Shown: positions 1-10,546, numbered from the stretch's first letter. The stretch is 64,000 nucleotides of DNA from an uncultured Alphaproteobacteria bacterium (GCA_910576955.1 CAJTJB010000004.1:712-64711), one strand, 5' to 3'. Program-made: numbers and translations. The notes: a model not told the origin generated them from the letters alone.

Positions 1-76
1 CTTTTTTTGCCATTTTTTACATCCTTTGCGGGCGAATATAGCGGCTATCCGCCCGTGTGTCAAGGATAATTCTTTA

Positions 77-2533
77 TCAGGCGTCCGCGCGAGCCTCAAG
101 CTTGCAGCTTGATTGCGGATAGTACGGCTTGAGCGGGCATTCGAGCGCTACTTTTAACACATCGCCGACGTTTTCCGCTAAAACGATATTCAGCTCTTTT
201 TTCACAATCTCCGGAAGTTCCGCCAAGTCTTTTTCGTTGCCTTTGGGGATAATCACCGTTTTAATGCCGCCGCGCAGTGCCGAAAGCAGCTTTTCTTTAA
301 GCCCGCCAATCGCCAAAACGCGCCCTTGCAGGGTTATCTCGCCGGTCATCGCCACATCGCTTTTTACCGGAATTTTGGTAAACAGCGACACGAGCGTGGT
401 ATACATCGTTACGCCGGCAGAAGGACCGTCTTTCGGGATTGAACCTTCGGGAACGTGTATGTGCACGTTGGTCTTTTCAAATACATCAGGGTTTATGCCC
501 AATGATACCGCGTGCGAACGAACCACCGAATATGCGGTGTCAATCGACTCTTTCATTACTTCGCCAAGCTTACCGGTTTGCTTGACATTGCCTTTGCCCG
601 GCATATCCACGCCCTCGATGAAAAGCATATCGCCGCCGACTTCGGTCCATGCCAAGCCGGTGGTGACGCCGATGAGATTCTTTTCTTCGCGGACGCCGTA
701 ATGGAATATTTTAACGCCGAGATATTTTTCCAAATCCGCACTATCAACAGTGATGTGCATATCCTTGTTTTGGCTTAAAATGATTTCTTTGGCGGATTTG
801 CGGGCAATTGCTGCCAGACGGCGCTCCAGACTGCGCACGCCGGATTCCGAGGTGTAATAGCGGATAACGTCGCGAATCGCCTCATCGGTGATGTGCAATT
901 CGTGCGGCGAAACGGCATTTTCCTGAAAAACTTTCGGCAGCAGGTGGCGTTTGGCAATCTCTACCTTTTCTTGCTCGGTGTAGCCGTCAATGCGGATAAT
1001 TTCCATTCTGTCCAGCAGCGGGCGCGGCATATCCAACGAGTTTGCCGTGGTGACAAACATCACATTGGAAAGGTCATAATCCACATCGAGGTAGTGGTCG
1101 TTAAAGGTGGCGTTTTGCTCGGGGTCAAGCACTTCTAACAGCGCGGAACTCGGGTCGCCGCGCCAGTCTGAACCGAGCTTGTCTATCTCGTCTAACAAAA
1201 ACAACGGGTTTGATACGCCGACTTTTTTGATGTTTTGAATAATCTTGCCGGGCATAGCGCCGATGTAGGTGCGGCGATGCCCGCGGATTTCTGCCTCATC
1301 GCGCATACCGCCCAGCGAAGCGCGTACGAATTTGCGCCCCGTGGCGCGGGCAATGGATCGTCCGAGCGAGGTTTTTCCGACACCCGGCGCGCCAACCAAA
1401 CAGAGAATCGGGCTTTTTAACTTTTTGGAACGCGCCTGAACGGCTAAATATTCGATAATGCGCTCTTTGACTTTTTCTAGCCCGTAGTGGTCTTCATCCA
1501 AAATATCAATTGCCTTTTGCAAATCATGCGTAATCGGCGAGTTTTTGCCCCACGGCAAATCCACCAGCCAGTCGAGATAATTGCGGATGACGGTTGCCTC
1601 GGCGCTCATCGGACCGGAGGCTTTGAGCTTTTTCAGCTCTTGCAGGGCTTTGGTTTTGGCTTCTTTGGAAAGCTTCATGGTTTTTATCTTTTTTTCGTAT
1701 TGGGTGAGTTCGTCATCCTCGCCGTCTTCGCCGCCGTTCATTTCTTTTTGGATGGCTTTCATCTGCTCGCTTAAATAATATTCGCGTTGATTCTTTTCCA
1801 TCTGTTTGCGGACGCGGTCTTTTACTTTGTGTTCTATCTCTAGACGGATGCCCTCGCGGTTTAAAAAGTCTATCAGCTTTTCAAGCATTTCAGTTTCGGT
1901 TTTGCATTCGAGCAGGGCTTGCTTATCCGCTGTTTTGATGTCCAGACTGCCGGTTACGGCGGCAATCAGCTGGGGCGTATTTTCGCCGCGGTTCAGCGCC
2001 AGCAGGTTTTCTTTAGACATTTTGGACATATCCAGCGCCTGCTTTTTGAAATTTTCTGCCACAACCGTTAACAAAGCGCTGATTTCTTTTTCGTCGCCAT
2101 TATCGGTTTCCGGCTCGTAAGGTTCGATGCAGGCGGTGTAGTATTGGTCAAAAGCGTTAAGCTTTGTCAGCTTGATACGGCTGACACCCTCAACCGCCAT
2201 ATTCAGCGTGCCGTCGGGCATAACCACAAAGCGGCGGATTCGCGCCAGCGTGCCCACCGTGTATAAATCTTTTTCTTTGGGGTGTTCGATATCTGCGCGT
2301 TTTTGGGTTAACAACACAAGCGGCGTGCCGAATTGATATGCTGCCTGCGCCGCTTTTAAAGACATGCTGCGCCCGATAAACAGCGAGGCGGTATTTGCCG
2401 GAAAAACCACCATGTCCCGCAACGGCAAAACCGGATATTCCATATCTTTTTGTATGGTTATCTCGGGCTCTTCGGCTGTCGTGTTTTCTTCTATGGTTTC
2501 GATAGGCTCTTCTTGGTCTTCATTACGGCTCAT
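77..2533 (-). CDS. lon: ATP-dependent Lon protease (La)
   Basis: 818 aa; Walker A GAPGVGKTS, AAA+ region, C-terminal Ser-Lys dyad region PKDGPSAGVTM; strong similarity to E. coli Lon throughout (e.g. VKERIIEYLAVQ). Confidence 0.95.
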   Translation of the reverse strand: MSRNEDQEEPIETIEENTTAEEPEITIQKDMEYPVLPLRDMVVFPANTASLFIGRSMSLKAAQAAYQFGTPLVLLTQKRADIEHPKEKDLYTVGTLARIRRFVVMPDGTLNMAVEGVSRIKLTKLNAFDQYYTACIEPYEPETDNGDEKEISALLTVVAENFKKQALDMSKMSKENLLALNRGENTPQLIAAVTGSLDIKTADKQALLECKTETEMLEKLIDFLNREGIRLEIEHKVKDRVRKQMEKNQREYYLSEQMKAIQKEMNGGEDGEDDELTQYEKKIKTMKLSKEAKTKALQELKKLKASGPMSAEATVIRNYLDWLVDLPWGKNSPITHDLQKAIDILDEDHYGLEKVKERIIEYLAVQARSKKLKSPILCLVGAPGVGKTSLGRSIARATGRKFVRASLGGMRDEAEIRGHRRTYIGAMPGKIIQNIKKVGVSNPLFLLDEIDKLGSDWRGDPSSALLEVLDPEQNATFNDHYLDVDYDLSNVMFVTTANSLDMPRPLLDRMEIIRIDGYTEQEKVEIAKRHLLPKVFQENAVSPHELHITDEAIRDVIRYYTSESGVRSLERRLAAIARKSAKEIILSQNKDMHITVDSADLEKYLGVKIFHYGVREEKNLIGVTTGLAWTEVGGDMLFIEGVDMPGKGNVKQTGKLGEVMKESIDTAYSVVRSHAVSLGINPDVFEKTNVHIHVPEGSIPKDGPSAGVTMYTTLVSLFTKIPVKSDVAMTGEITLQGRVLAIGGLKEKLLSALRGGIKTVIIPKGNEKDLAELPEIVKKELNIVLAENVGDVLKVALECPLKPYYPQSSCKLEARADA

Positions 2534-2734
2534 TATAATATCCTTACTAAAAAAATGCGTTTATTCTGACAACAGTCCGCGGCAAAACGGCGCGCCCGAC
2601 ATATCAGTTGTCTGATATATAGTGTGCGTCTTCCCGTTATGCAACATTATAAGGCTTAATTTTGCCCGCATTGCGCCAACTTTACAACCCCGCCTGCGAG
2701 GTTATCTACAAAAAACACGGCTTAAGCGGCTTTT

Positions 2735-3058
2735 TTATTTGCCGGTTTTGTCTTTGGGCGGCGCGATATTGTCGATAATCAGATTTTGCCACGAGCCGAT
2801 GTCGGAAAAACAATCCAGCCGCACGTTCAGCAGTCTGGAAAGCAGCCAGATTTTTTTGACCGGCATACGCGTAAAATCTTTCATATAGCGTTTCGCCGTT
2901 TTAATGTCTATATTAAGAAAAACGGCTAGGTCCGCAGCATCAAAGTTGGCGTATTTTAAAATCTCGGTTATCCGCTCGTTGGTTATTTTGCGGATGGTTT
3001 GCTGATAGCGCCAGTGGTTTTTTTCTATCAATTCGGGGGTGATTTCTATCATCGGCAT
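2735..3058 (-). CDS. small hypothetical protein, possible HTH-like partner of upstream XRE regulator
   Basis: Start reassigned to internal ATG (MPMIEITPE..) preceded by AGGAGA RBS on minus strand; 16 bp downstream of the XRE gene, same strand; segment DAADLAVFLNIDIKTAKRYMKD is HTH-like. Confidence 0.5.
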   Translation of the reverse strand: MPMIEITPELIEKNHWRYQQTIRKITNERITEILKYANFDAADLAVFLNIDIKTAKRYMKDFTRMPVKKIWLLSRLLNVRLDCFSDIGSWQNLIIDNIAPPKDKTGK

Positions 3059-3074
3059 TTTCTTTCTCCTCTTT

Positions 3075-3503
3075 TTACAGCACGCGGGGTATCGGAAACA
3101 GCGTATATCCGGAAATTGCCGCAATGGCGTTATATTCTGATTTGGGCGGAAAATATTTATGCGCATTGTAAAATTTATTCGAATAGACGGCATATTTTAT
3201 CAAAAGGGCGGCGGCGCTTTTTTCCTGCTCCAGATATTCGCGCTTGAACGGTTGGCAGAAATAATCAAGGCTTTGGAGATACAGCAATGACAGCAAAACC
3301 ATATCCATATACGGTATATCCAGTTGGTTTTGCTCGTATTTGCTGACGGTTTGCGGAGATTTGCGCAAGTATGCCGCAATCTCCTGCAGGCTGTATCCTT
3401 CCAGTTCGCGGTAGCCTTTCAGCTGCTCGCCCAGCGTGGCAGGGCACGAATTTTCAGGCGATACGGTTGTGCTTGTATGGTTGAAGTTTGCATTTATGTA
3501 CAT
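3075..3503 (-). CDS. XRE-family helix-turn-helix transcriptional regulator
   Basis: Start at MYINAN preceded by GAGGAG RBS; HTH_XRE signature LGEQLKGYRELEGYSLQEIAAYLRKSPQTVSKYEQNQ; divergent from the large lipoprotein gene across a 530-bp AT-rich region. Confidence 0.7.
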   Translation of the reverse strand: MYINANFNHTSTTVSPENSCPATLGEQLKGYRELEGYSLQEIAAYLRKSPQTVSKYEQNQLDIPYMDMVLLSLLYLQSLDYFCQPFKREYLEQEKSAAALLIKYAVYSNKFYNAHKYFPPKSEYNAIAAISGYTLFPIPRVL

Positions 3504-4050
3504 TTTAACACTCCTCAAAAATCAGCCCTCTGATTAAGGCAGACGGAGAATGCAACTCTTTTTCAGTTTCAGTTAAAATTTTGCCGCCGCCAAATATATT
3601 TTTTAAGACGTACAACCCCGTTTTTTGATGTGTTTTAAGACGGGAATATATAGTTTTTTGCCTTGATTGTTGCGGCTTAAACATTATGACAGGAATTTCC
3701 TGCCGTCCTGATGGGAGATTTGCAAGTCTCCGCACCGTTTCCGGCGCTAAATTGCCGTATATCGGCAACCTGATTGTATTGATATAGGAAAAAACAAAAA
3801 AATGCAACATAATTTTATATGCGGCTTTGTAAAAATATACAAAAAAACAGCTTGATTTTGTACAAATTATATGATAATGTCTTTTCGCTAAATAAATTAT
3901 TGTGCCCTTTTGACTATTTTTTATGTCTTATTATCGTTAGGGTACACACTGAAATTTTTTTCTTTCGAACGTTTCCCCTCCGTTTTGGAGCGCGAGGCGT
4001 TTGTCCATATATAACTAAAAAAATAAGTTAACTTTTTCAATAATTTTTAA

Positions 4051-6897
4051 GTGATGGAAACAAAGACCAAAAATTTGAGTGTTGCACTCACTCGTGCATG
4101 CTCTATCGTGTTTGTCCTGATGATTATCGTCGGGGCAATGTTCGGAACCAGCGGGTGTTCCGATGAGCTCTCCAATCCTCTCACCCCGGTCACCGACACC
4201 GTGACAGTCTTTAAAGACTATTACTGGACGTCGGAGCGTACGGGGCTCGCCAGCGTTGCCGTTAAGGATACGCTGGTTAAAAGCGACGCGTCGTTTGACC
4301 AGACCTCAACCTTGTATAACCAAAAGGAAAACCTCTCGATGACGTTTCATCCGACGGCTTATCTCAACGTTCGTCTGGCAAAGCAGCGTATTGACGTTTT
4401 GAACAAAGGCGACCTTCCGGTTCGGCTCAAAAATTCGTATATCGAATCACGCAAGCCTTACAAAAACCAAACCGTTTTGGGCGAGGATGTCGTTAAGGTG
4501 TTTGAGTTTACGGACGGGCAGAAAGCTACGGTTTCTTTCGGCTATCGCTATCTTGCCGTTATTGTCGGCAACGATACGCTTGCCGTGCCGCACGTGGAGG
4601 TTGATGAAGTCATCTTCTCCAGGCAAAACACGGAAGCTTTCGGGCAGAAAACCGAAACGGAAGATCCGTATAAATCGGAGCTGGTGTTTCAGGCGGCTTA
4701 TACCATCCGCGGAACGTCGCGCGGCGAAGTATCGTCAAAGGTTGATTTGAAACCGTGGTATCACAAAGTGATAACGGCGGAAGCTACCAAGGTGGAAAAA
4801 GTCAGCTATAACGGCAAGTTTATCAACTGCCCGTATGAGGCGTATGAACTGGTTGAAACAGTCAAAACCAACAAGGGCGAGTTTTCAAACACCTATCGGG
4901 TGAACTTGTCGCTTGAGGTGACGGCGCCGCAACAACGCGAGCAGCCTTCGTTGGACAGCCTGTTTAATGCGGTTTCGAGTGGAAAATTCGCCGAGAAACT
5001 GTTTGCAGAGGTTAAAAACGAAGACGGCTTTACCGTTCGGACGATGACGGGAACATATGTTTCCGTTAACACCGGCAAAAAAGCCAAAACCTCGGTTGAA
5101 AGCACGGTCAGCTTTACTTACCAGTATCCGGTAAAATTTGAGAGCGAATACGGGTCATATGCCATTGAGCCGCAAAAACTCTCGTTTGAGGAATCCGGTT
5201 TTGAAGTTGAAAAGCTTTCAGAGGGCAAAGACGGCAAGCTGTTTTGCTCTGTGAATACGATTGAGGGCGTTATCGGAACGTGCCACCTTGATTTGATTGA
5301 GGAAGTCGTCAACCTCCGGATACAAAACGGCAAAGAGCCGAATGTTACGAAAGTTGATTCTGTTTACACGCTCAAAGGCAGCGGCGACGATTATATCGTT
5401 GACAAAACCATTGTTTGGAGCGACGGCAGTAAGACGACCACAACCTACGACTACAAAGGACGGCACAGCGCAACGGCGACGCCTTTCGGCAACAAGGTGA
5501 CCTCTTCGCTCGAGTGGAACGAAAATCCGCTGCAACGGGTTTCACAGTCTACGGAAAATGACGAAAAGAAGTTTTCTGACGTGACGAAATTCAAAGCGGT
5601 TTATACGGCTTCCACTTGGCGTTCGGATGCAACCAACGGCAAAGAAAGCGGCGCGTTTGCGTTTACGGAAACAACGCCGGTGGTGACTTTTATTGATGGG
5701 AAAACAACCAAAACTTTCCCTGAAAGAAAGTACACGCTTACCGGAACGGGCGCGGATGTGGCTTCTGATTTCACGATGATGGTGGTCAACGGCGTAAACT
5801 ATAAAGCATATGCTTATGATTATACCGTTAAAGCCCGATGGAACGGAGAGGCACAGCCTGATTTGGTTTCAAACGGATATCTCTTGATGCCTGCCGATGA
5901 AACCGGCGAACCGACGTATGTGCCGAGCCAGAGCTGGAACGGAAATACAACAACGGTTAAGGTGACGAAAACCACGCCGCATACGGAAGCTCCGGACGAG
6001 GTGCAAACCTTTACCAAGAGTTTCACAATCGGGCTTAACGGCCTGACAAACGGCAAGGTTTATGCTACGAATACTGATTTTTCGGCAACGGAAACGCACA
6101 CCGAAAACAGTTCGACGGCAACGGATAATCCGTGGACGGTGGTGAGCTATCAGCGCTCTTATGCCTATACGCTTTCTAACGGCGCGGCAACCCGCGATGA
6201 TTTGAGAGCCGAGGCAAAAGATGCCGAGATTATCTTTGATGACGGCGCTTACCGACATACGTTTAACGTGCGGATGAACGTAACGAAAAACGAAAAATTG
6301 GGAACGGCGCGCAACGAGGGTAATTATGTGATTACGCCGCATATCTTAACGGTGACCGGAACGACGGTGGACGGCAAGAGCGTTTCCACAAGCGCAACAA
6401 CAGATATTTATGTTGAGCAGCAGGAACCGCCGCAGCCTAATTTCGGCAAGCCCAAAGGCTTTAGCGTGACGGCAACGTTTGATCCGGGGTCTAAAGTGAC
6501 ACGGCGCGCGTTTGTGTTTAACTGGGAAAACGGCGTAACATATGCGGTTTGCGATTATGAAACCATGTTGCCGAAAAGCAGCGATTTCATGTATAAGCAA
6601 GACAGCTTTACGCAGTATAATTCCGTCGGTTATGACAAAAACAATGCCGCACAGCATTGGCAGCCCGCCCGCGGTTCGGATGACAGCGATGCTATCCGCT
6701 GGTATTTTGCCAACGGCAGCCTGATGTCGGCCATAGACAAGGCGTTAAGCTGCAAAGTTATCGGCTGGAAGAATATCGTTGATGGCGATTATGCCCTTGT
6801 TATTCGCGGGTATACCTACGAAATCAACGGCTATAATATCACTGTCAAAGCACCGAACGGACAGACCGTTACCTTTAACAGCCACTACAATCCGTGA
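4051..6897 (+). CDS. large (948 aa) secreted/lipoprotein-like protein of unknown function, Thr/Ser/Asn-rich
   Basis: N-terminal signal peptide with hydrophobic core IVFVLMIIVGAMFG followed by TSGC (lipobox-like); no recognisable catalytic motif; beta-rich composition; followed by strong intrinsic terminator. Confidence 0.75.
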   Translation: MMETKTKNLSVALTRACSIVFVLMIIVGAMFGTSGCSDELSNPLTPVTDTVTVFKDYYWTSERTGLASVAVKDTLVKSDASFDQTSTLYNQKENLSMTFHPTAYLNVRLAKQRIDVLNKGDLPVRLKNSYIESRKPYKNQTVLGEDVVKVFEFTDGQKATVSFGYRYLAVIVGNDTLAVPHVEVDEVIFSRQNTEAFGQKTETEDPYKSELVFQAAYTIRGTSRGEVSSKVDLKPWYHKVITAEATKVEKVSYNGKFINCPYEAYELVETVKTNKGEFSNTYRVNLSLEVTAPQQREQPSLDSLFNAVSSGKFAEKLFAEVKNEDGFTVRTMTGTYVSVNTGKKAKTSVESTVSFTYQYPVKFESEYGSYAIEPQKLSFEESGFEVEKLSEGKDGKLFCSVNTIEGVIGTCHLDLIEEVVNLRIQNGKEPNVTKVDSVYTLKGSGDDYIVDKTIVWSDGSKTTTTYDYKGRHSATATPFGNKVTSSLEWNENPLQRVSQSTENDEKKFSDVTKFKAVYTASTWRSDATNGKESGAFAFTETTPVVTFIDGKTTKTFPERKYTLTGTGADVASDFTMMVVNGVNYKAYAYDYTVKARWNGEAQPDLVSNGYLLMPADETGEPTYVPSQSWNGNTTTVKVTKTTPHTEAPDEVQTFTKSFTIGLNGLTNGKVYATNTDFSATETHTENSSTATDNPWTVVSYQRSYAYTLSNGAATRDDLRAEAKDAEIIFDDGAYRHTFNVRMNVTKNEKLGTARNEGNYVITPHILTVTGTTVDGKSVSTSATTDIYVEQQEPPQPNFGKPKGFSVTATFDPGSKVTRRAFVFNWENGVTYAVCDYETMLPKSSDFMYKQDSFTQYNSVGYDKNNAAQHWQPARGSDDSDAIRWYFANGSLMSAIDKALSCKVIGWKNIVDGDYALVIRGYTYEINGYNITVKAPNGQTVTFNSHYNP

Positions 6898-6925
6898 GAT
6901 TGAGTATGTACTCTGAATAAAAAAA

Positions 6926-6952
6926 GCCCTCCCAAACGGAGGGCTTTTTTTT
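6926..6952 (+). terminator. rho-independent terminator (GCCCTCC-CAAAC-GGAGGGC + T8)
   Basis: Perfect 7-bp GC stem followed by T-run directly after stop of 4051..6897; A-run upstream makes it potentially bidirectional. Confidence 0.8.
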
Positions 6953-7148
6953 GTGGTTGTGCCCAACTTGTTGGGGGGCTTTGGGCTGCGGTGAGGGGAG
7001 AGTAGGATTTTTAACGAGCGCGCTTTCTTTTTGTAGCTTAATGTTGTTTTCCCCATTTTTTTTGCTTTCCCCACTGTGAGGGAGACGATAAAGTAAAGAT
7101 TTGCTTGGAAATTTCTTTCTTGCAATATAACGGATAGATAATTTGTTC

Positions 7149-7886
7149 TTACAATTTAGACCGTTTAATATTGTTTAATATTTGAGTTATATCAATTTGC
7201 GTTGTTTCTGTTTTTTGAATATGAAACTCTATGATATCTTTATAAGATGAGAATTGTTTAATTTTACTTTGATTTGAGAGCAAGAAATCAGAAGTTATAT
7301 CTGTTGCTGTTGCGTTAAATAAAATAGGGGTGCAACCATAATTTAATGCGCATTGTATATCAGCATAGGCATCACCGATAAATGTTATGTGTGGTGATTT
7401 TGTATTGTTATCATTTAATCTTTTTACTGTTGTTTCAATAATTAGAGGAGAAGGCTTACAAATACCTGCATCATCGGCAGTAACTATTGTATCGAGGAAA
7501 GGGAGAAAATGTTCTTTAAATTCAGCTTGTTGTTTTAAGGCATCTATGAAAATATTATCTCGGTTAGTTATAATTGCTGTTTTGGCACCTAAATATTTTA
7601 GTGTTTGCAAGTGTTCTGAAGCGTATTCGAAAAAGGAAATGTCGTTAATGTGATTTATTAGAAAATTTAAATATATTTCGTATGCAGCATCAGCATCTTT
7701 TCCGAAAAAGTTAGGAAAGTTTTCTTTCATTGAAAGAGATTTTTCTTTTTGTTTTTTTGTTATCGACCACGGTTTTTTGTGAAATATTTCCAGCGTATTA
7801 TTTATGGCTTGATGGTCAAGAGCTTTGGAATTTAATAATGTTCCACATAAATCGAAAATAACAATATGATTTTTTTTATTTCTCAT
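7149..7886 (-). CDS. HAD-superfamily hydrolase (paralog 2)
   Basis: Motif I variant IVIFDLCGTLLNS (second Asp replaced by Cys), shared KKPWSITKKQKEKSLSMKENFPNFFGKD block with neighbour; AAGGA RBS; very low GC (~33%). Confidence 0.7.
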   Translation of the reverse strand: MRNKKNHIVIFDLCGTLLNSKALDHQAINNTLEIFHKKPWSITKKQKEKSLSMKENFPNFFGKDADAAYEIYLNFLINHINDISFFEYASEHLQTLKYLGAKTAIITNRDNIFIDALKQQAEFKEHFLPFLDTIVTADDAGICKPSPLIIETTVKRLNDNNTKSPHITFIGDAYADIQCALNYGCTPILFNATATDITSDFLLSNQSKIKQFSSYKDIIEFHIQKTETTQIDITQILNNIKRSKL

Positions 7887-7899
7887 TTTTATTTCCTTT

Positions 7900-8559
7900 T
7901 TATGTTTCTATCAAATCGTTGAATCCTTGGATTTGTATGATTTGATTATTTGTTAATTGTTGTTTGACTTCCGAGTTTTCCATAAATTTTCCATTGCCAA
8001 TAAGAACAGGAAGAATATTTGCAGCAAGTGCACAAACCGTATCTTGTTTTGAATCGCCAATTAACCATACGTTTTCTTTGTTTATCTGATATGGAACTTC
8101 TGCAAGTGCAGTATATACAGGGGCTGGTGCGGGTTTGTTTTGGGGGGCATCGCCATTGCCCAGAATGTTTTTGAATGTCATATTCGGAAAACATTGTTTG
8201 ACTTCTTGTAATAGAAGTGATTTTTCTTTGTTGGAGATGATGTAAATTTCAATATCATTATGGCAGCATTGCTGCAAAAAAAGTTCAGCATTTAACACAG
8301 GACGAATTTGTTTGATGGCAAATTTCTGATAATAGGTCAAGTAAGTTTGGTAGGCTTGTTTATATTCTTCACCAAAGAAATTAGGAAAATTTTCTTTGAG
8401 TGATTTGGTGGTATCGCGATATTTTTGTTTAGTTATATCCCAGGGGGCTTTTTGGTATTGTGAAAGAGTATATTCCATTGCGCAAACGACAGCTGTGCGA
8501 GTTTCGGCTAATGTGCCATCCCAATCAAATAAAATGGCTTTAGGAGCGGGGTATATCAT
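7900..8559 (-). CDS. HAD-superfamily hydrolase (paralog 1, canonical DxDGT)
   Basis: Motif I ILFDWDGTLAETR, conserved KAPWDITKQKYRDTTKSLKENFPNFFGEE block, GAAGGA RBS; 13-bp spacer to paralog 2, same strand (operon); low GC. Confidence 0.8.
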   Translation of the reverse strand: MIYPAPKAILFDWDGTLAETRTAVVCAMEYTLSQYQKAPWDITKQKYRDTTKSLKENFPNFFGEEYKQAYQTYLTYYQKFAIKQIRPVLNAELFLQQCCHNDIEIYIISNKEKSLLLQEVKQCFPNMTFKNILGNGDAPQNKPAPAPVYTALAEVPYQINKENVWLIGDSKQDTVCALAANILPVLIGNGKFMENSEVKQQLTNNQIIQIQGFNDLIET

Positions 8560-8667
8560 TCTTTTCCTTCAGTATGTTCGTAAACAATGTAATTGTTGAA
8601 GATTTTATATATGTAGCCTCAATATGTGGCTTATATTGCGAAAGTTTATACAAGTCAATATAAATGT

Positions 8668-8775
8668 TTCACCCTCACCCATCCTCTCCCCTCAAGGGAG
8701 AGGAGGTTTAAATAGAAAGTTCTTGCAACAAAGTTTTCCTCCCCCCTGGGCGGGGGAGGATAGGAGAGGGGGACT
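8668..8775. repeat. G/C palindrome repeat block (CCTCTCCCCTCAAGGGAGAGG; CCTCCCCCCTGGGCGGGGGAGG)
   Basis: Member of the dispersed CCYCTCCC..GGGAGRGG hairpin family seen at >10 loci in window. Confidence 0.7.
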
Positions 8776-8800
8776 GCCAGCGGCGGGTGCAATGATTTTT

Positions 8801-10546
8801 TTACTCGCCGGCGGCGGATTGGTGGCGTTTCATTCGCAGGTAGCGGCGCGTGATTTTGAGCGCGTTTTCAAAATTTGTTGCCATGGCAATGTTGCGCCAC
8901 GTCAGATTATTTTGCAAAAAGGCATCGTGCAACATACGGCGTGGCTGCTTTTTGACATTCGAAAGAATAATCTTGGTGTCGTGCTTTTTCATTACCCGCT
9001 GGATGAACCCTACCAGTGCGTTTGCGCCGCTGATGTCTACCATCGGCACATAGCCCATACGGATGATGATAATTTTCGGTTCGGTTTTGAGGTTTTGCAG
9101 AAAGCGCGTCACATCCAGCGCGTCGCCGAAAAAGAGCGGACCGGAAAAACGCATCGACACCACGCCCTGCTCGTGTAACACTTGCGAAAGGTCGCGTCCG
9201 CCGCCTTTGTATTCGAGCGCTTTTTCATCGGTCTGGATTTCGATTTCTTTGCTCATGCGGTGCATAAAGATAATGCTTGAAAGGATAAAGCCGACGGAAA
9301 TGCCGGTGTTTAAATCTACCAAAACTGTTAAAAGCAGCGTGACCACAAGCGTTAACGCATCGCCGCGCGCGCCTTTTAAGAGGTAATACATTTTGGTTAA
9401 GTTCAGCATATTCCACCCCACCAAAATCAGCACTGCGGAAAGGCAGGCGAGCGGAATGTATTTGGCAGCTCCCGCCAAGAGCAGCATAAACAACAATAAA
9501 ATCACCGATTGCATAATGCCGGACATCGGCGAATAGGCGTGCGATTTGTAATTGGTGGCGGTGCGGGCAATCGCGCCGGTGGCGGGAACGCCGGTGAAAA
9601 CCATACTGGCGAGGTTTGCGACACCCTCGGCAATCAGTTCGGCGTTGGAATTATGATTATCGCCGCTCATGCCGTCCACAACCGTGGCGCTTAACAGCGA
9701 TTCAACACCGGCGAGGAACGCAACCGTTAAGCCGCTCGGGAAGACGCGCAGCATTAAGTTCAAATCAAACTCCGGCAGGTGCGGCATCGGCAAAAAGTGC
9801 GGTATTGCGCCGAATTTTGAGCCGATGGTATCGGGGGCGGCAGAGAAAATCGCAAACAGGGCAACCAGCAAAGTTGCGCCGACAACGGCAACTAAATATG
9901 CAGGCAGGTTCGGGCGCTTTTTCTGCACATAAAATATAGCGCCGAACGAAAAAGCGGCAATGAACACCGAGGCAAAACTGAACGACCCGAGGTTATCAAA
10001 ATATGCCGCCCATTTGGGCAAAAACTCGGAGGGCACACTTGCCATCTGCAAGCCGAACAAATCTTTTATCTGCGTCGAAATCAGCAATACGCCGATACCG
10101 GCAGTAAAACCGGTGACAACGGGGTAGGGAATGTATTTGATGTATGTGCCGAGCTTTAAAAATCCGGCGGCTATGAGGATGATGCCGGCAATCAGCATCG
10201 TCATTGCCAAGCCCTCGGCGCCGTAATTTTTCATCACATTAAAGATGACGACAACAAACGCGCCGGTCGGTCCGCCGATTTGAAACTTTGAGCCGCCCAA
10301 CAGCGCAATGAAGAATCCGGCAACAATCGCGGTGTATAACCCTTGCGCCGGCGTGACGCCCGAGGCTATTGCCAGAGCCATCGCCAGAGGAATCGACACC
10401 ACGGCAACCGTCATTCCGGCGAGTGTGTCGCGCTTAAACTTGTTCATATCATAGCCGCGGCGCAGAATCTCGACCAACTTCGGGCAAAAGTTTTTTAAAT
10501 ACCAACAGGTTAGTTCATTTAATTTACTCTTTAATGTTGCGAGCAT
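8801..10546 (-). CDS. SulP-family anion (sulfate/bicarbonate) permease with C-terminal STAS domain
   Basis: Multi-TM SulP core (TVAVVSIPLAMALAIASGV..), C-terminal STAS-like domain; start placed at MLATLKS (GAGGAA RBS) rather than ORF-track upstream start. Confidence 0.85.
   Translation of the reverse strand: MLATLKSKLNELTCWYLKNFCPKLVEILRRGYDMNKFKRDTLAGMTVAVVSIPLAMALAIASGVTPAQGLYTAIVAGFFIALLGGSKFQIGGPTGAFVVVIFNVMKNYGAEGLAMTMLIAGIILIAAGFLKLGTYIKYIPYPVVTGFTAGIGVLLISTQIKDLFGLQMASVPSEFLPKWAAYFDNLGSFSFASVFIAAFSFGAIFYVQKKRPNLPAYLVAVVGATLLVALFAIFSAAPDTIGSKFGAIPHFLPMPHLPEFDLNLMLRVFPSGLTVAFLAGVESLLSATVVDGMSGDNHNSNAELIAEGVANLASMVFTGVPATGAIARTATNYKSHAYSPMSGIMQSVILLLFMLLLAGAAKYIPLACLSAVLILVGWNMLNLTKMYYLLKGARGDALTLVVTLLLTVLVDLNTGISVGFILSSIIFMHRMSKEIEIQTDEKALEYKGGGRDLSQVLHEQGVVSMRFSGPLFFGDALDVTRFLQNLKTEPKIIIIRMGYVPMVDISGANALVGFIQRVMKKHDTKIILSNVKKQPRRMLHDAFLQNNLTWRNIAMATNFENALKITRRYLRMKRHQSAAGE

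Noticed and set aside
2735-8600. Prophage interpretation of the XRE regulator / lysozyme / low-GC patches
   Set aside because: No integrase, terminase, capsid, tail, holin or att-site evidence in the window; lysozyme-domain proteins have non-phage fusion architectures.
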